Shown piece after piece: positions 40,895-50,516 of a stretch of DNA of 64,000 nucleotides; positions within the stretch are counted from its first letter, which is position 1; the number at the start of each line of letters is the position of its first letter. The stretch is taken from positions 2,752,001-2,816,000 of the forward strand of contig OY764265.1 in NCBI GenBank assembly GCA_963668355.1, given 5' to 3'. The position numbers were made by a program, and so were the translations under genes. The notes under the pieces are model-generated. The model searched no databases and was not told the DNA's origin. It worked only from the letters and a program-made list of their open reading frames with translations. The DNA is from Bdellovibrionota bacterium (GTDB taxonomy: Bacteria > Bdellovibrionota_G > JALEGL01 > DATDPG01).

Positions 40895-43800
40895 GATTTT
40901 GGATTGGATTCCTTCTAGCGATATCGCTGGCCTCAACGGGCTTGGCTCAGAATCGAACTCTGGGAAAACGTACGGGAAGTAGAAGTTTCGAACGTTTTGA
41001 AGCTTTTTCTGTGCCTCAAGAGCGAGTCAGCGCCGCCTTGCAAAACAAAATCAATGAAGAGATTCGCCTCCTGAGGGGCATCGTAAAAAAACGAAAAAAT
41101 CCAAATTCTCGCGCAGAAATCTTGTTCCGAATTGGTGAGCTTTACTGGACCTTGGATCGCTCCGTCTATTTTGAGGAGATGGAGGAGTACAATAAGAAGT
41201 TGGACGCTTTCCTTGCAGGAAGAACCAAGAGAGAACCCAAAGAGCCGAAATTCCGAGGAGATCGTTCCTATAAAATTTACAAAGCCATCATTAAAGCCGC
41301 TCCGAAATATGAACGCAGAGATGAGGTTTTATTCTTGGCAGGATATGTGGGCCTTCAATTGGGGGACAATGATGCCCTGAAGTACTTCAAGGAAGTGACC
41401 CAAAAATACAAACGCAGCAAATTTCGCTTGGATGCGTATATGGAGTTGGGGAATCACTACTTCTCCAACCGTGAATTTGGAAAAGCCATTACGGCCTACA
41501 AAACAGTTTTACGAGAGCCCAGCAAAATCTACAACTTCGCCCTCTACAAACTCTCCTGGTGCTACTACAACCAAGGAAAAGTTCGTTCCGCCATGTCCGT
41601 CATGCAAAAGGTTGTGAAGGCTTCCAAGGGAGTTCGGTATGAAATCGAGTTGAGGGAAGAAGCCCTTCGTGACTTGGTCGTGTTTTATTCGGATTTGGGT
41701 TTGATCAACCAAGCCCTCACCTATTTCAATTCGATCAACGAGCCTGAATATGGAATCAAAGTTCTGTCCATTCTGGCCAATATTTACTTCGAACAAAGTC
41801 GCTATAAAAAAGCCATCGCCACCATTCGAAAGCTGCTGAGTTTACGTCCGCACGACGAAAAAGCTCCCAACCAACACTCTCGCCTCATCGAAAGTTACGA
41901 GAAAAGTCAGAATTTGACCCGCGCCATGAAAGAAATGGAGCGGTTCTTAACTGCCTATGAGCCTAAATCTGCTTGGTATAAAAAGAACACGGATGTGGAT
42001 GCCCGAGACTATGCCAACACACGGGCAGAGGTCTATGCGCGTTTCCTTCCGAAAAAATTTCACGAACGAGCCCAGAAACTTGAAAAGTCTGATCCAAAAG
42101 AATCCAAAAGGTTAAAAAACGCTGCCCTGCTTTACTACAAACGTTACCTGGATCGATTTGCAAAACACAAAAACGCATATGATATGCGATTCTTGTATGC
42201 AGAACTTCTATTCCAAGAAAAGCATTATGCCAAAGCCGCCAATCAATTCGGTCTTGTCGTGAAAGCAGACCATCGTGGCCGATATAAAAAAGTCGCCTTG
42301 GTGGGACACATCGATGCGTTAAGTCGTTTGGAAGAAAGTCATTTCAAAGGCCTGAAAAAGCAAGGCATCAAGAAAAAGAATGAATACGAAAAAATCAAAC
42401 TATCCAGCTATGCAAAACGTTTGATCAAAGCCGACGAAACGTATGTGCGATTTTTCCCCAAAGATGCCAAAGTGCCTCACACCCTTCTGCATCGCTCTCA
42501 GCTTTTCTACAACTACAATCATTTTGACCGGGCCCTGCACGGATTCTTCCAAATCGTAGATAAATTTGGTCGTTCTGAGCCATCCATCACGGCGCGACAT
42601 TTAATTTTGGACATCTACAACGTCCGAAAAGATTGGGAAAATTTGGAAAAATGGGCCTCCACATTCCTTCATCATAGTGTGTTTGCGAATGCGGAAAACC
42701 AAGCGTTTCTCCTGAAGCTAATTCAAGGCTCCATCTTTCAGAGAGCCAAAGATCTGGAAGAAAAGAAGAAATATGTACCCGCCGCCGAGATGTATTTGCG
42801 CTTGGCCAACAAATACCCCAAATCTCCCTATGCCGACAAAGCCGTTTTCAATGCGGCTGTGGATTATATCAATGCGGATGCGTCTAAAAAGGCTCGAAAC
42901 ACTGCCCAACGCTTTTTAAGAGAATATCCAAGCTCCAAATTGGTTCCCAAAATGCTCTTGGCTCTTGCGGGCTACTTTGACGATAAATTGGATTATGCCT
43001 ATGCCGCCTATTATTACGAACTTTTGGCGGACAAGGATCCAAAATCCAAAAATGCGGCCGACGCGCTCTACAATGCCGGTTTATATCGTGAACATCTGAA
43101 GCATTATGCCAAAGCCCTTCGAGACTACGACACGTATCTAGAACGTTACAAAAGATCTAAAGATGCCCATCAAATCTACTTCGCCAAGGGTTTGATCTTT
43201 GAAAAGCAGCGCAAATGGTCTGAAGCCATCGAGATTTTCCATAGTTTCCCCCGAAAATATGGAACAAAGGATAAAGCGAAAAACATCGAAGCCTATTTCC
43301 GAAAGGGAAAGGCCTATGACCATCGAAATAAGTATGGAGAGGCATTCAAAGCGTACCGCACGGCGATTTACCTCTTTAACAAGTACAGTAAATCAAGGGG
43401 CTGGGCTTCGGATACGGGTGCAAAGTATGCCGCCCAAGCCAGTTTTGAATTAACCCGAGATGACTACCGAGAATTCCAACGCATCAAATTTCGAATGCCT
43501 CAGCGCCGATTGGCTCGAGCCATTGAGAAAAAAGCACGTCTCCTGAAGCGTCTACGAGAAAAATACTTAAGCGTCATTAATTTCGGAGATGCGGAAATGG
43601 GTGTGGCTGCGCTGTATCATATCGGAAAAATCTACCAGAATTTCAGCCAAGCCCTCTTCAATGCCCCCATTCCCAAAGGCCTGAATATGGAAGAAACACA
43701 GATTTACCAACAAGAATTGGAGAATCGAGCCGCTCCCATTGAAGAGAAAGCGGTTGAGGCTTATGAAAAAGGAATTAAAAAAGCCATGGAGTTAGAGGTT

Positions 43801-43953
43801 TATACCCGGTGGACCAAGAAGACCTATGACAATCTCACGCAATACAAACCCGATGTTTACCCTCCCATAAGGGGAATAACGAGGTTTGAACGTCATATCT
43901 CTGAACCTTTGGTTTCATTTGATCGAAAGCTCTTGAAAGGAGGAAAGAAATGA
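40891..43953 (+). CDS. gltD: Large periplasmic TPR protein, GltD/AgmU(NfsD)-like
   Basis: Signal peptide, long TPR array, C-terminal AP.PKGL..EE..IY...L....PIEEKA. Confidence 0.7.
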   Translation: MRFWIGFLLAISLASTGLAQNRTLGKRTGSRSFERFEAFSVPQERVSAALQNKINEEIRLLRGIVKKRKNPNSRAEILFRIGELYWTLDRSVYFEEMEEYNKKLDAFLAGRTKREPKEPKFRGDRSYKIYKAIIKAAPKYERRDEVLFLAGYVGLQLGDNDALKYFKEVTQKYKRSKFRLDAYMELGNHYFSNREFGKAITAYKTVLREPSKIYNFALYKLSWCYYNQGKVRSAMSVMQKVVKASKGVRYEIELREEALRDLVVFYSDLGLINQALTYFNSINEPEYGIKVLSILANIYFEQSRYKKAIATIRKLLSLRPHDEKAPNQHSRLIESYEKSQNLTRAMKEMERFLTAYEPKSAWYKKNTDVDARDYANTRAEVYARFLPKKFHERAQKLEKSDPKESKRLKNAALLYYKRYLDRFAKHKNAYDMRFLYAELLFQEKHYAKAANQFGLVVKADHRGRYKKVALVGHIDALSRLEESHFKGLKKQGIKKKNEYEKIKLSSYAKRLIKADETYVRFFPKDAKVPHTLLHRSQLFYNYNHFDRALHGFFQIVDKFGRSEPSITARHLILDIYNVRKDWENLEKWASTFLHHSVFANAENQAFLLKLIQGSIFQRAKDLEEKKKYVPAAEMYLRLANKYPKSPYADKAVFNAAVDYINADASKKARNTAQRFLREYPSSKLVPKMLLALAGYFDDKLDYAYAAYYYELLADKDPKSKNAADALYNAGLYREHLKHYAKALRDYDTYLERYKRSKDAHQIYFAKGLIFEKQRKWSEAIEIFHSFPRKYGTKDKAKNIEAYFRKGKAYDHRNKYGEAFKAYRTAIYLFNKYSKSRGWASDTGAKYAAQASFELTRDDYREFQRIKFRMPQRRLARAIEKKARLLKRLREKYLSVINFGDAEMGVAALYHIGKIYQNFSQALFNAPIPKGLNMEETQIYQQELENRAAPIEEKAVEAYEKGIKKAMELEVYTRWTKKTYDNLTQYKPDVYPPIRGITRFERHISEPLVSFDRKLLKGGKK

Positions 43954-45131
43954 AACGCCTTTCTTCCTTGAATTTGGCTCTTGTGTTTTTGGTTTCCGGT
44001 TGTGCCATGAGTGGTTCTCGCCCAGACCAACCTGCTCCTTTCACGCCCATCAAAAAGGTGGAACCTCGAAAAATTAAAAAGGTCCGTGCGTCGCAGTTTG
44101 CAAAGCTTCAAGGGCCTCCTGTCCGTTTCCGCCAACAGATGGACATTGACAAAAAAGTGGTCCAAAAAAACCCCCGAAATTATGGGGCTTACTTGAGACT
44201 GGCCCGAGCTTATCGGCAAATTGGGGAATTCAAAAAAGCAGCGCGAACGATGGAAAATGCCATCCTCATTCGCCCTCGCCTAACCGAACCCCAGATGGAA
44301 TTGGCTGAAATTTATTTGGAAGCCGAAGAATTCGATAAGGCGGCGGATGTTTATTTGAAATTGCTAAAAACCAACCCCAAGAACTGGACCTTGAAAAACA
44401 ATCTGGCGACGGCCTATCGTGGCATGAAGGAGTTTTCAAAAGCTTTTGCCATCATTCGAGAGCAACTCAATCAAGATAAAACCAATGTCCATGCGATCAA
44501 CAACCTTGGTTTGATCTACTACGCAACCAACCGGTACGAACTCGCGGAGTTAACATTTCAAAAGGCTCGAAAACACAATTCCAAAGCTGCGTTTACTTAT
44601 AATAATCTCGGCCTAACTTATTTGCGATTGGATTTGCCCAAGAATGCCATTCATGAATTCAAGGAATCGGCCAAGCATGACCGTAAGTTCATAGACCCCC
44701 GTCTAAACCTGGCCAATCTTTATTTGCGGTATGGAAATTATCGAGCTGCAAGTAAGGTCTACCAACAAATTCTAAGAATTGACCCTTTGAACATTGAGGC
44801 CAATCAAAATCTTGGTGTAGCCAATATGGCCTTGGGATTATCAGAGGAGGCTTGGCGAGCATTTGCAACCATCGCAATGATCAGTCCACGAAACGCGGAT
44901 GCTCAGTACAACCTCGGTCTTCTCTTCCAAAACCAAGCTCAAGAACCCCGCTTGGCCTTGAGACATTTCAAAAAATTCACGGCCCTCCAAAAGGGAAAAC
45001 TTCCCTCAGACCATGAGGTCTTTCTGTACATCAAACAATTGGAAGACACAGTTAAGCGGCAAGACGAAAAGAGAAAGGCCAAAGCTGCGGCTGCACGAAA
45101 AGCCAAAAACAAAAAAGGTGGGAAAAAGTAA
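43950..45131 (+). CDS. gltE: TPR lipoprotein, GltE/AglT-like
   Basis: VSGC lipobox, NNLG-type TPRs, position in operon. Confidence 0.6.
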   Translation: MKRLSSLNLALVFLVSGCAMSGSRPDQPAPFTPIKKVEPRKIKKVRASQFAKLQGPPVRFRQQMDIDKKVVQKNPRNYGAYLRLARAYRQIGEFKKAARTMENAILIRPRLTEPQMELAEIYLEAEEFDKAADVYLKLLKTNPKNWTLKNNLATAYRGMKEFSKAFAIIREQLNQDKTNVHAINNLGLIYYATNRYELAELTFQKARKHNSKAAFTYNNLGLTYLRLDLPKNAIHEFKESAKHDRKFIDPRLNLANLYLRYGNYRAASKVYQQILRIDPLNIEANQNLGVANMALGLSEEAWRAFATIAMISPRNADAQYNLGLLFQNQAQEPRLALRHFKKFTALQKGKLPSDHEVFLYIKQLEDTVKRQDEKRKAKAAAARKAKNKKGGKK

Positions 45132-45403
45132 TGATGAATAAAAGCATTCGTTTGATCTTAAGTTTCTCCGTGATTTTCGCGATCCTGGCTTCTACCCCAG
45201 CATGGGCGGCGAGTTCAAAAAAAGGAAAACGCGTCAAAGTCGGAAGAACCGTTTACGACTTTGACGAAGTGGACATTCTGGGACGCCTAAAACGACCCGA
45301 AGGCCGCGAAATCATGGAACGGCCAGAGTTTCGATTTAGGCGACTATTAGACCTGGATGAGAGCTTTTTACCGAATATTACCCGAGCGGTAGACGAGTTT
45401 TAG
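45131..45403 (+). CDS. gltF: GltF/CglF-like small secreted protein
   Basis: Signal peptide plus YDFDEVDILGRLKRPEG...F..L.....SF motif. Confidence 0.75.
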   Translation: MMNKSIRLILSFSVIFAILASTPAWAASSKKGKRVKVGRTVYDFDEVDILGRLKRPEGREIMERPEFRFRRLLDLDESFLPNITRAVDEF

Positions 45404-45419
45404 GAGACGGGAGATTTAT

Positions 45420-46862
45420 ATGGCGAAACCTTATATTCAAATGCCTTCAGATCCGAATTCGGAAATTTATTACGATGGGAATGCGCTAGCCATTGCCTTT
45501 CGACCGCGATCTCCAAAAGAGACCGGGAAGAAAGAGTCAACCGATAAGGTGTTGCGTGTGGTTGTGCAATGCTATGGATCGGTCATCGAGGATCGACTTT
45601 TCCAACCTGGAACAGTCATCACCATTGGCCAAGGACGTTCCAGTACGTTTCGGATTCCCACTCAAGGCCTTCCCCCGAAGCACCCCTTAATCTCTTATGG
45701 CCAAGATGGTGTGATCCAACTTTCGGTCAATCAGGCCTTTAACGGAATCATCCAATCTGAAACGAGCTTGGAACAGCTTCCAGTCAGTGATGGGAAAGCC
45801 CCTCACATCGTCAAATTGAAAAAAGGCTCAAAGGGCTGCATTCAACATGGGAGTGTCGTCTTCTACTTCGAAGAAATTGAAAACCCTGAGAAGGTCCCTC
45901 CGGTAGCCATCATCAAAACATTGACGGATCCTCAGGTGGTTCGATGGTGGTTTCTTTCTCTGGCCATCCATTTTCTGATCATTCTCATTGCCTTCCTCAT
46001 TCCGCCCTCTCCCAAAGAGGTCATGATTGAGGAATTGAAACCGAAGTTCCAAAAAATTGTGGTCAAACCACGAAAGATTAAGCCCTACGTGCAGAAAATG
46101 AGGGTGAAATCGGGGGCAAGCAGAGGAAAAGTCGGAAAAGAGGGTGAAGGAAGAAGGGCCAGAGGAAAAGAAGGACGCAGAGGAAAAGGCGTACCCGGAA
46201 AGTCCAAGAGAATGTCTCGAAAAGACATTGGAAAAACCGGGGTACTGGACGTTTTCTCGAAATCTCGAAGCGGAAGTGCCTTGGCTGATTTAATTGGTGG
46301 CGGTTCGGCCATTCCAGGTGCGGTAGACAAAAAGCTTGGGAACCGAAGTGCCCGCTACGGACTTCCAGGAGCCCGAGAGTTTCGTTCGGGAAAAGGTCTC
46401 AGGGGAGGCGGAACTGGAGGCGGGGGCCTCTCGACCTCTTTGGGACAGGGTTTGGGAACCAAAGGAAAAGGTGGCGGTGCTACGGGCACCGGCCTAGCTG
46501 ATTTTGGTACCGGCCGAAGCAATACGGCTGTCTCAGCCTCCATTGATGACGAAGAAATGTACATTCAAGGAAGCATTCCCAAAGAAGTCATCGCGAAAAT
46601 CATCGCGGACAATATTGGAAAGTTTAAGTATTGTTATGATCGCCAAGTTCAGGTGCAACCGAATTTAGGTGGGAAGATTCTTACGAATTTCATCATTGGT
46701 CTTCAAGGACGAGTTACAAGCACAAGGATCAAACGATCCACCATGAACAGTCCTCCTGTTGAACGATGCGTTCAAAACGTATTGCGTCGACTTCGGTTTC
46801 CAAAACCAGGTGGAGGAATTGTGGATGTCACCTATCCATTTCACTTCCGAGTTGCGGGGTAG
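45420..46862 (+). CDS. gltG: GltG/PglI-like protein (FHA-like N-terminus, TM, Gly/basic linker, TonB-C-like AgmX/PglI domain)
   Basis: ITIGQ, single TM, Gly-rich tract, YCY...PNLGG...CV...RFPKPGGGIVDVTYPF. Confidence 0.75.
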   Translation: MAKPYIQMPSDPNSEIYYDGNALAIAFRPRSPKETGKKESTDKVLRVVVQCYGSVIEDRLFQPGTVITIGQGRSSTFRIPTQGLPPKHPLISYGQDGVIQLSVNQAFNGIIQSETSLEQLPVSDGKAPHIVKLKKGSKGCIQHGSVVFYFEEIENPEKVPPVAIIKTLTDPQVVRWWFLSLAIHFLIILIAFLIPPSPKEVMIEELKPKFQKIVVKPRKIKPYVQKMRVKSGASRGKVGKEGEGRRARGKEGRRGKGVPGKSKRMSRKDIGKTGVLDVFSKSRSGSALADLIGGGSAIPGAVDKKLGNRSARYGLPGAREFRSGKGLRGGGTGGGGLSTSLGQGLGTKGKGGGATGTGLADFGTGRSNTAVSASIDDEEMYIQGSIPKEVIAKIIADNIGKFKYCYDRQVQVQPNLGGKILTNFIIGLQGRVTSTRIKRSTMNSPPVERCVQNVLRRLRFPKPGGGIVDVTYPFHFRVAG

Positions 46863-46864
46863 TT

Positions 46865-47440
46865 ATGAAAAAACTTAGAAACGTAGCCATCACATTCATC
46901 CTCGCTATGGCTTGGGCGATCCCTAACGCTCAAGCAGACAATATCTTCGGCGAGTTCAAACGCTTGCCGGACGAAATTGAGCGAGGCTTCTCTCTTGGTT
47001 TTGATTTTGGAGCCCTCTTCTTCACGGGAGAAAAGAGAACCGTCCAAAACCCTGGCTTTTCCCTGGCCGTCACGATGGGCTATGACCTCTTCGAATATTT
47101 GAGCTTGGAAGCCATTTCCTTGGTCGGAATTTCAGAAGCCGATCCTCAAGATCCTCGCTTGGATGGCAGTGTGAATACAGTCCTCTTTAATTTGGCGGCC
47201 AAAGGACAAATGCCTTTGGGAAGGTTCTTTCCGTTCATCGAACTTGGACCTGGCATTCATTACTCCAAGCCCGTGTTTGTTCCGGGGGAAAATTGGAAAA
47301 TGAGCATTTTAGGAGGCGCGGGAATTGAGTACTACACATACCTCCGCCACTATTCGCTTTTTGCCAAGGTCATGTACTTATACAGCCTTCAAGACGTGGA
47401 TATGTTTGGCTTGTCTTTGGGCCTTCGATACACGTTCTGA
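46865..47440 (+). CDS. GltH/CglE-like outer-membrane beta-barrel
   Basis: DEIERGF and GIEYYTYLRHYS motifs; C-terminal YTF. Confidence 0.7.
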   Translation: MKKLRNVAITFILAMAWAIPNAQADNIFGEFKRLPDEIERGFSLGFDFGALFFTGEKRTVQNPGFSLAVTMGYDLFEYLSLEAISLVGISEADPQDPRLDGSVNTVLFNLAAKGQMPLGRFFPFIELGPGIHYSKPVFVPGENWKMSILGGAGIEYYTYLRHYSLFAKVMYLYSLQDVDMFGLSLGLRYTF

Positions 47441-47576
47441 TTTTTCCTAGGGGGAACCTAGGCGTATGAAAAAAAGTTCCAAAAACTGGAGTTTTGAACA
47501 AAAATTGCGCCCAAAAGCGACGGGTGACTAGGTTTATTTCGTTTATTTTTAGGCACTTAACGTTTTTTTTCATTTT

Positions 47577-47592
47577 TGGTGCGAATTTTGCT
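47577..47592 (+). promoter_or_regulatory. sigma54-like promoter
   Basis: TGGTGCG-AATT-TTGCT (GG-N10-GC). Confidence 0.5.
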
Positions 47593-47606
47593 CCTTTCTG
47601 ACTCCT

Positions 47607-47708
47607 ATGCAGCATTTCATTTCTCAAACGAAACCCGATTATGAAACATGTTGTGAGTCCATGCCGTATCTGTGCTTGGCTCTGTTTATGGCATTTCTTC
47701 TGATCTAA
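47607..47708 (+). CDS. Candidate 33-aa small protein with hydrophobic C-terminus (MQHFISQTKPDYETCCESMPYLCLALFMAFLLI)
   Basis: Manual translation; lies directly after the sigma54-like motif; no SD sequence. Confidence 0.3.
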   Translation: MQHFISQTKPDYETCCESMPYLCLALFMAFLLI

Positions 47709-47735
47709 TTCAGAAAATCGCTTTCAAGAAGGTCG

Positions 47736-49118
47736 TTAAAAGCTGATCGATCTTTTTCCGAACCGAAACGTATACGTCATCGTGAAGTCTTCCCAAGGAG
47801 GACGAGAAACTTTCATTTCCTGAATTTGTCCCAAAATGCATCGATGAAATGCCTTGCTTCCGTAGGTGCTAGAAACCAGGCCGCTCTTGGAAACCCCTCC
47901 ACGATTTCCAATTGAAAACCAAATGGAAACTTTTCCAGGCGTTCCTTTTTTCACATGTTTCACAAAACATTGATCCACACCATGAATCTGACTCCGAAGA
48001 ATTTCTTGATATTCTTCCAGATTAATCGGCCGCATGGCCTCACGCTCTGCGGCGGCCATCCTTAGCTCCTCTGATTTAGGCATATCCAATTCGACTTCAA
48101 CGTTCTGACTGGAAGCCTTCAATTGTTTGAACTTTCGAAACAAATCCTTCCCGTCTTCTGGTTGGGAAGGCTGCAATTCATTAATTTTTCCAAACCCATT
48201 CGACTCGAGATGTCCCAGGGAACGATCTAGACTGGCCACCCAATCCTCTTGCGGAAGTTTTTGAGCTTCTTTTTTGGAGGTGAGTTTTTTCCTCTTGGAG
48301 GAGGCCGTCATTTTGGTTTTCTTTTTATCTGCCGGTTGTCCCGATCTCGTCGTCCTCGATTTGATGGGAGTTACTTCTTCCCTGGAAGCCATCGAAGATG
48401 GTTCTTGAGAAGCCCTAGGCGCCGCCCTTTCCGCAACCAACTCCGACACCAAATCTTCTTCTTGCGTAAGTCTCCATTGATGCATGACATAGCCCAAGCT
48501 TCCCGCCAAAGCCGCTAAAACCACAAGACCCAAAGTTTGCTGAATCTTTGAGGGACCCACACGAAGGGGTTTGGATCTCGGAAGAACCTCGATGGAGGAT
48601 GAAGCGACTGGAGGCGGTTTAACCGAAATCCGCTCCACTTTTTGGGGAAGTACGGCGGGCTTGGGGTCCACAGGAACGAATTTTGGAGGCGGTTCTGGGG
48701 CTTCAATGGGAATCTTGATGCCCGGTTCAGTGGGAACGTTGGGAAAAGGAATGACCTGTGCAGAAACAAAGGATGGATGGGAAATTTTAAGATGAACTTC
48801 TCCGATGCGAATATCATCCCCGTGGACAAGCCGACACCGAGTCGTCTTCTCATCGTTTACGAAGGTTCCATTCGCACTCCCCAAATCCTGTAAGAAAAGC
48901 TGGTTCTTTCCTTTGAATTCAATTTGGCAGTGTTTTCGAGAAACGTATTTTAGGTTAAGGGCAATATCGGCATCGGGATCTCGACCGACCAAAAAGGTTC
49001 CTTCTTCCAAACGAAAACTGCGAAAAAAACGACCATGCCGATACACACGAACAAACGGAAGTTTTTGCGTTCCATCCGATACCAAGGGGGCTTTTTTCGA
49101 TCTCTGCGGCGGCTTCAA
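47736..49118 (-). CDS. FHA-domain membrane protein with C-terminal AgmX/PglI (TonB-C-like) domain
   Basis: VGR..VSRKH..DLGSANGTFVN (FHA); TM; CF...G.V...F.I...G.V...CI. Confidence 0.8.
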   Translation of the reverse strand: MKPPQRSKKAPLVSDGTQKLPFVRVYRHGRFFRSFRLEEGTFLVGRDPDADIALNLKYVSRKHCQIEFKGKNQLFLQDLGSANGTFVNDEKTTRCRLVHGDDIRIGEVHLKISHPSFVSAQVIPFPNVPTEPGIKIPIEAPEPPPKFVPVDPKPAVLPQKVERISVKPPPVASSSIEVLPRSKPLRVGPSKIQQTLGLVVLAALAGSLGYVMHQWRLTQEEDLVSELVAERAAPRASQEPSSMASREEVTPIKSRTTRSGQPADKKKTKMTASSKRKKLTSKKEAQKLPQEDWVASLDRSLGHLESNGFGKINELQPSQPEDGKDLFRKFKQLKASSQNVEVELDMPKSEELRMAAAEREAMRPINLEEYQEILRSQIHGVDQCFVKHVKKGTPGKVSIWFSIGNRGGVSKSGLVSSTYGSKAFHRCILGQIQEMKVSRPPWEDFTMTYTFRFGKRSISF

Positions 49119-49180
49119 CGCATCTCATTATACGCGTATAATTCGTTGCGTGTAAGGAAAGAGAGACCCATAATGTCTTC

Positions 49181-49981
49181 ATGACTTCCTCCCGCCCCGC
49201 CGCCGTAGCTGGAACGTTTTATCCAGCTTCCAAGGAAGAGCTTCTGGCCACCATTCAAACTTTTCTGGAAAAATCCCAAAATCAGATCCAAAAATTCTCT
49301 CTTCCTCCTCCCAAAGCACTCCTTGTTCCACACGCAGGATACATTTACTCGGGGGAAACAGCGGCATTTGCCTACGCAACGCTCAACTCACACACCTCTC
49401 AGATCAAAAAGGTCATTCTCCTTGGGCCTGCACACAGAGTGTATATCCAAGGGATCTCTCTTCCACAGCATGATTTCTTCACCACGCCATTGGGGAAAAT
49501 TGAAATTGACTCAAAGTTGCGAGATTTGGCAAAAACACTTTCTTTCGTTTCCTTGGATGACTCGCCTCATCAATGGGAACATTCCATAGAGGTCCAACTC
49601 CCTTTTCTTCAAGACATCTTGCGAGATTTTACACTTTTACCTGGAGTCGTGGGCGACTGCTCCCCGGAGGATGTCTTTGGATTTCTCGATGCCCTCGGAA
49701 ACTTAGACGACTCTCTCATCATCATCAGTTCAGATTTGTCGCACTTTAAAAATTATGCTGAAGCCACGCGCTTAGACCAACAAACCATCTCCCAAATCCA
49801 AGCGCTCCAAGAGGTTTCCAGTCTGGAGCAAGCTTGCGGGAGTCGGATCATAAGCGGTTGGATTCGTTACGCCAAGAAACACGCCCTTCTCCCTCATTTA
49901 CTAGATTACCGAAATTCCGGAGATACGGCGGGAAGTCGGAAGGAGGTGGTGGGTTATTGTGCGTTCGCATTCACCCATTGA
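49181..49981 (+). CDS. amrB: AmmeMemoRadiSam protein B (MEMO1 family)
   Basis: RPAAVAGTFYP, PHAGYIYSG, EHSIEVQLPF and SSDLSH. Confidence 0.93.
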   Translation: MTSSRPAAVAGTFYPASKEELLATIQTFLEKSQNQIQKFSLPPPKALLVPHAGYIYSGETAAFAYATLNSHTSQIKKVILLGPAHRVYIQGISLPQHDFFTTPLGKIEIDSKLRDLAKTLSFVSLDDSPHQWEHSIEVQLPFLQDILRDFTLLPGVVGDCSPEDVFGFLDALGNLDDSLIIISSDLSHFKNYAEATRLDQQTISQIQALQEVSSLEQACGSRIISGWIRYAKKHALLPHLLDYRNSGDTAGSRKEVVGYCAFAFTH

Positions 49982-50516
49982 TGGAAGTTTACTTCTGAGA
50001 CTCGCACGAGAGACACTCAATGAACATTTTGGCCTCGGAAGTTATTCAACTCCGCAAGAGTCCTATTTACAGGAGCCAGGGGCCACATTTGTCACATTGA
50101 AAATGCATCACGTCTTGAGGGGATGCATTGGAAGCTTGGAAGCGAGACGGTCTCTTTTGAATGACTTGCGAGAGAACGCTTTGGCGGCTGCATTTCGAGA
50201 TCCACGCTTTCCTCCTCTGACCGAGGATGAATTAACTGAGGTGCAATTGGAAGTTTCACTATTGTCCCCATTGGAACCTTTGAACATTCAATCCGAGGAA
50301 GAGGCCCTGAATTGCATTTGTCCGGGGCAAGATGGCCTGCTTCTGGAGTGCGATGGAAGAAAAGGCACCTTCCTTCCACAGGTGTGGGAACAATTGCCAG
50401 ATCCCCAAGATTTTCTGCGACATTTAAAAATGAAGGCTGGTCTTTCCCCCATGGGCTGGGACCGTGACTATCAGCTTTTTCGTTACTCCGTGAGCCATTG
50501 GAGTGAACCTTCGTGA
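49959..50516 (+). CDS. amrA: AmmeMemoRadiSam protein A (AMMECR1)
   Basis: GATFVTL, LRGCIG, DPRF and TFLPQVW. Confidence 0.93.
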   Translation: MRSHSPIDGSLLLRLARETLNEHFGLGSYSTPQESYLQEPGATFVTLKMHHVLRGCIGSLEARRSLLNDLRENALAAAFRDPRFPPLTEDELTEVQLEVSLLSPLEPLNIQSEEEALNCICPGQDGLLLECDGRKGTFLPQVWEQLPDPQDFLRHLKMKAGLSPMGWDRDYQLFRYSVSHWSEPS

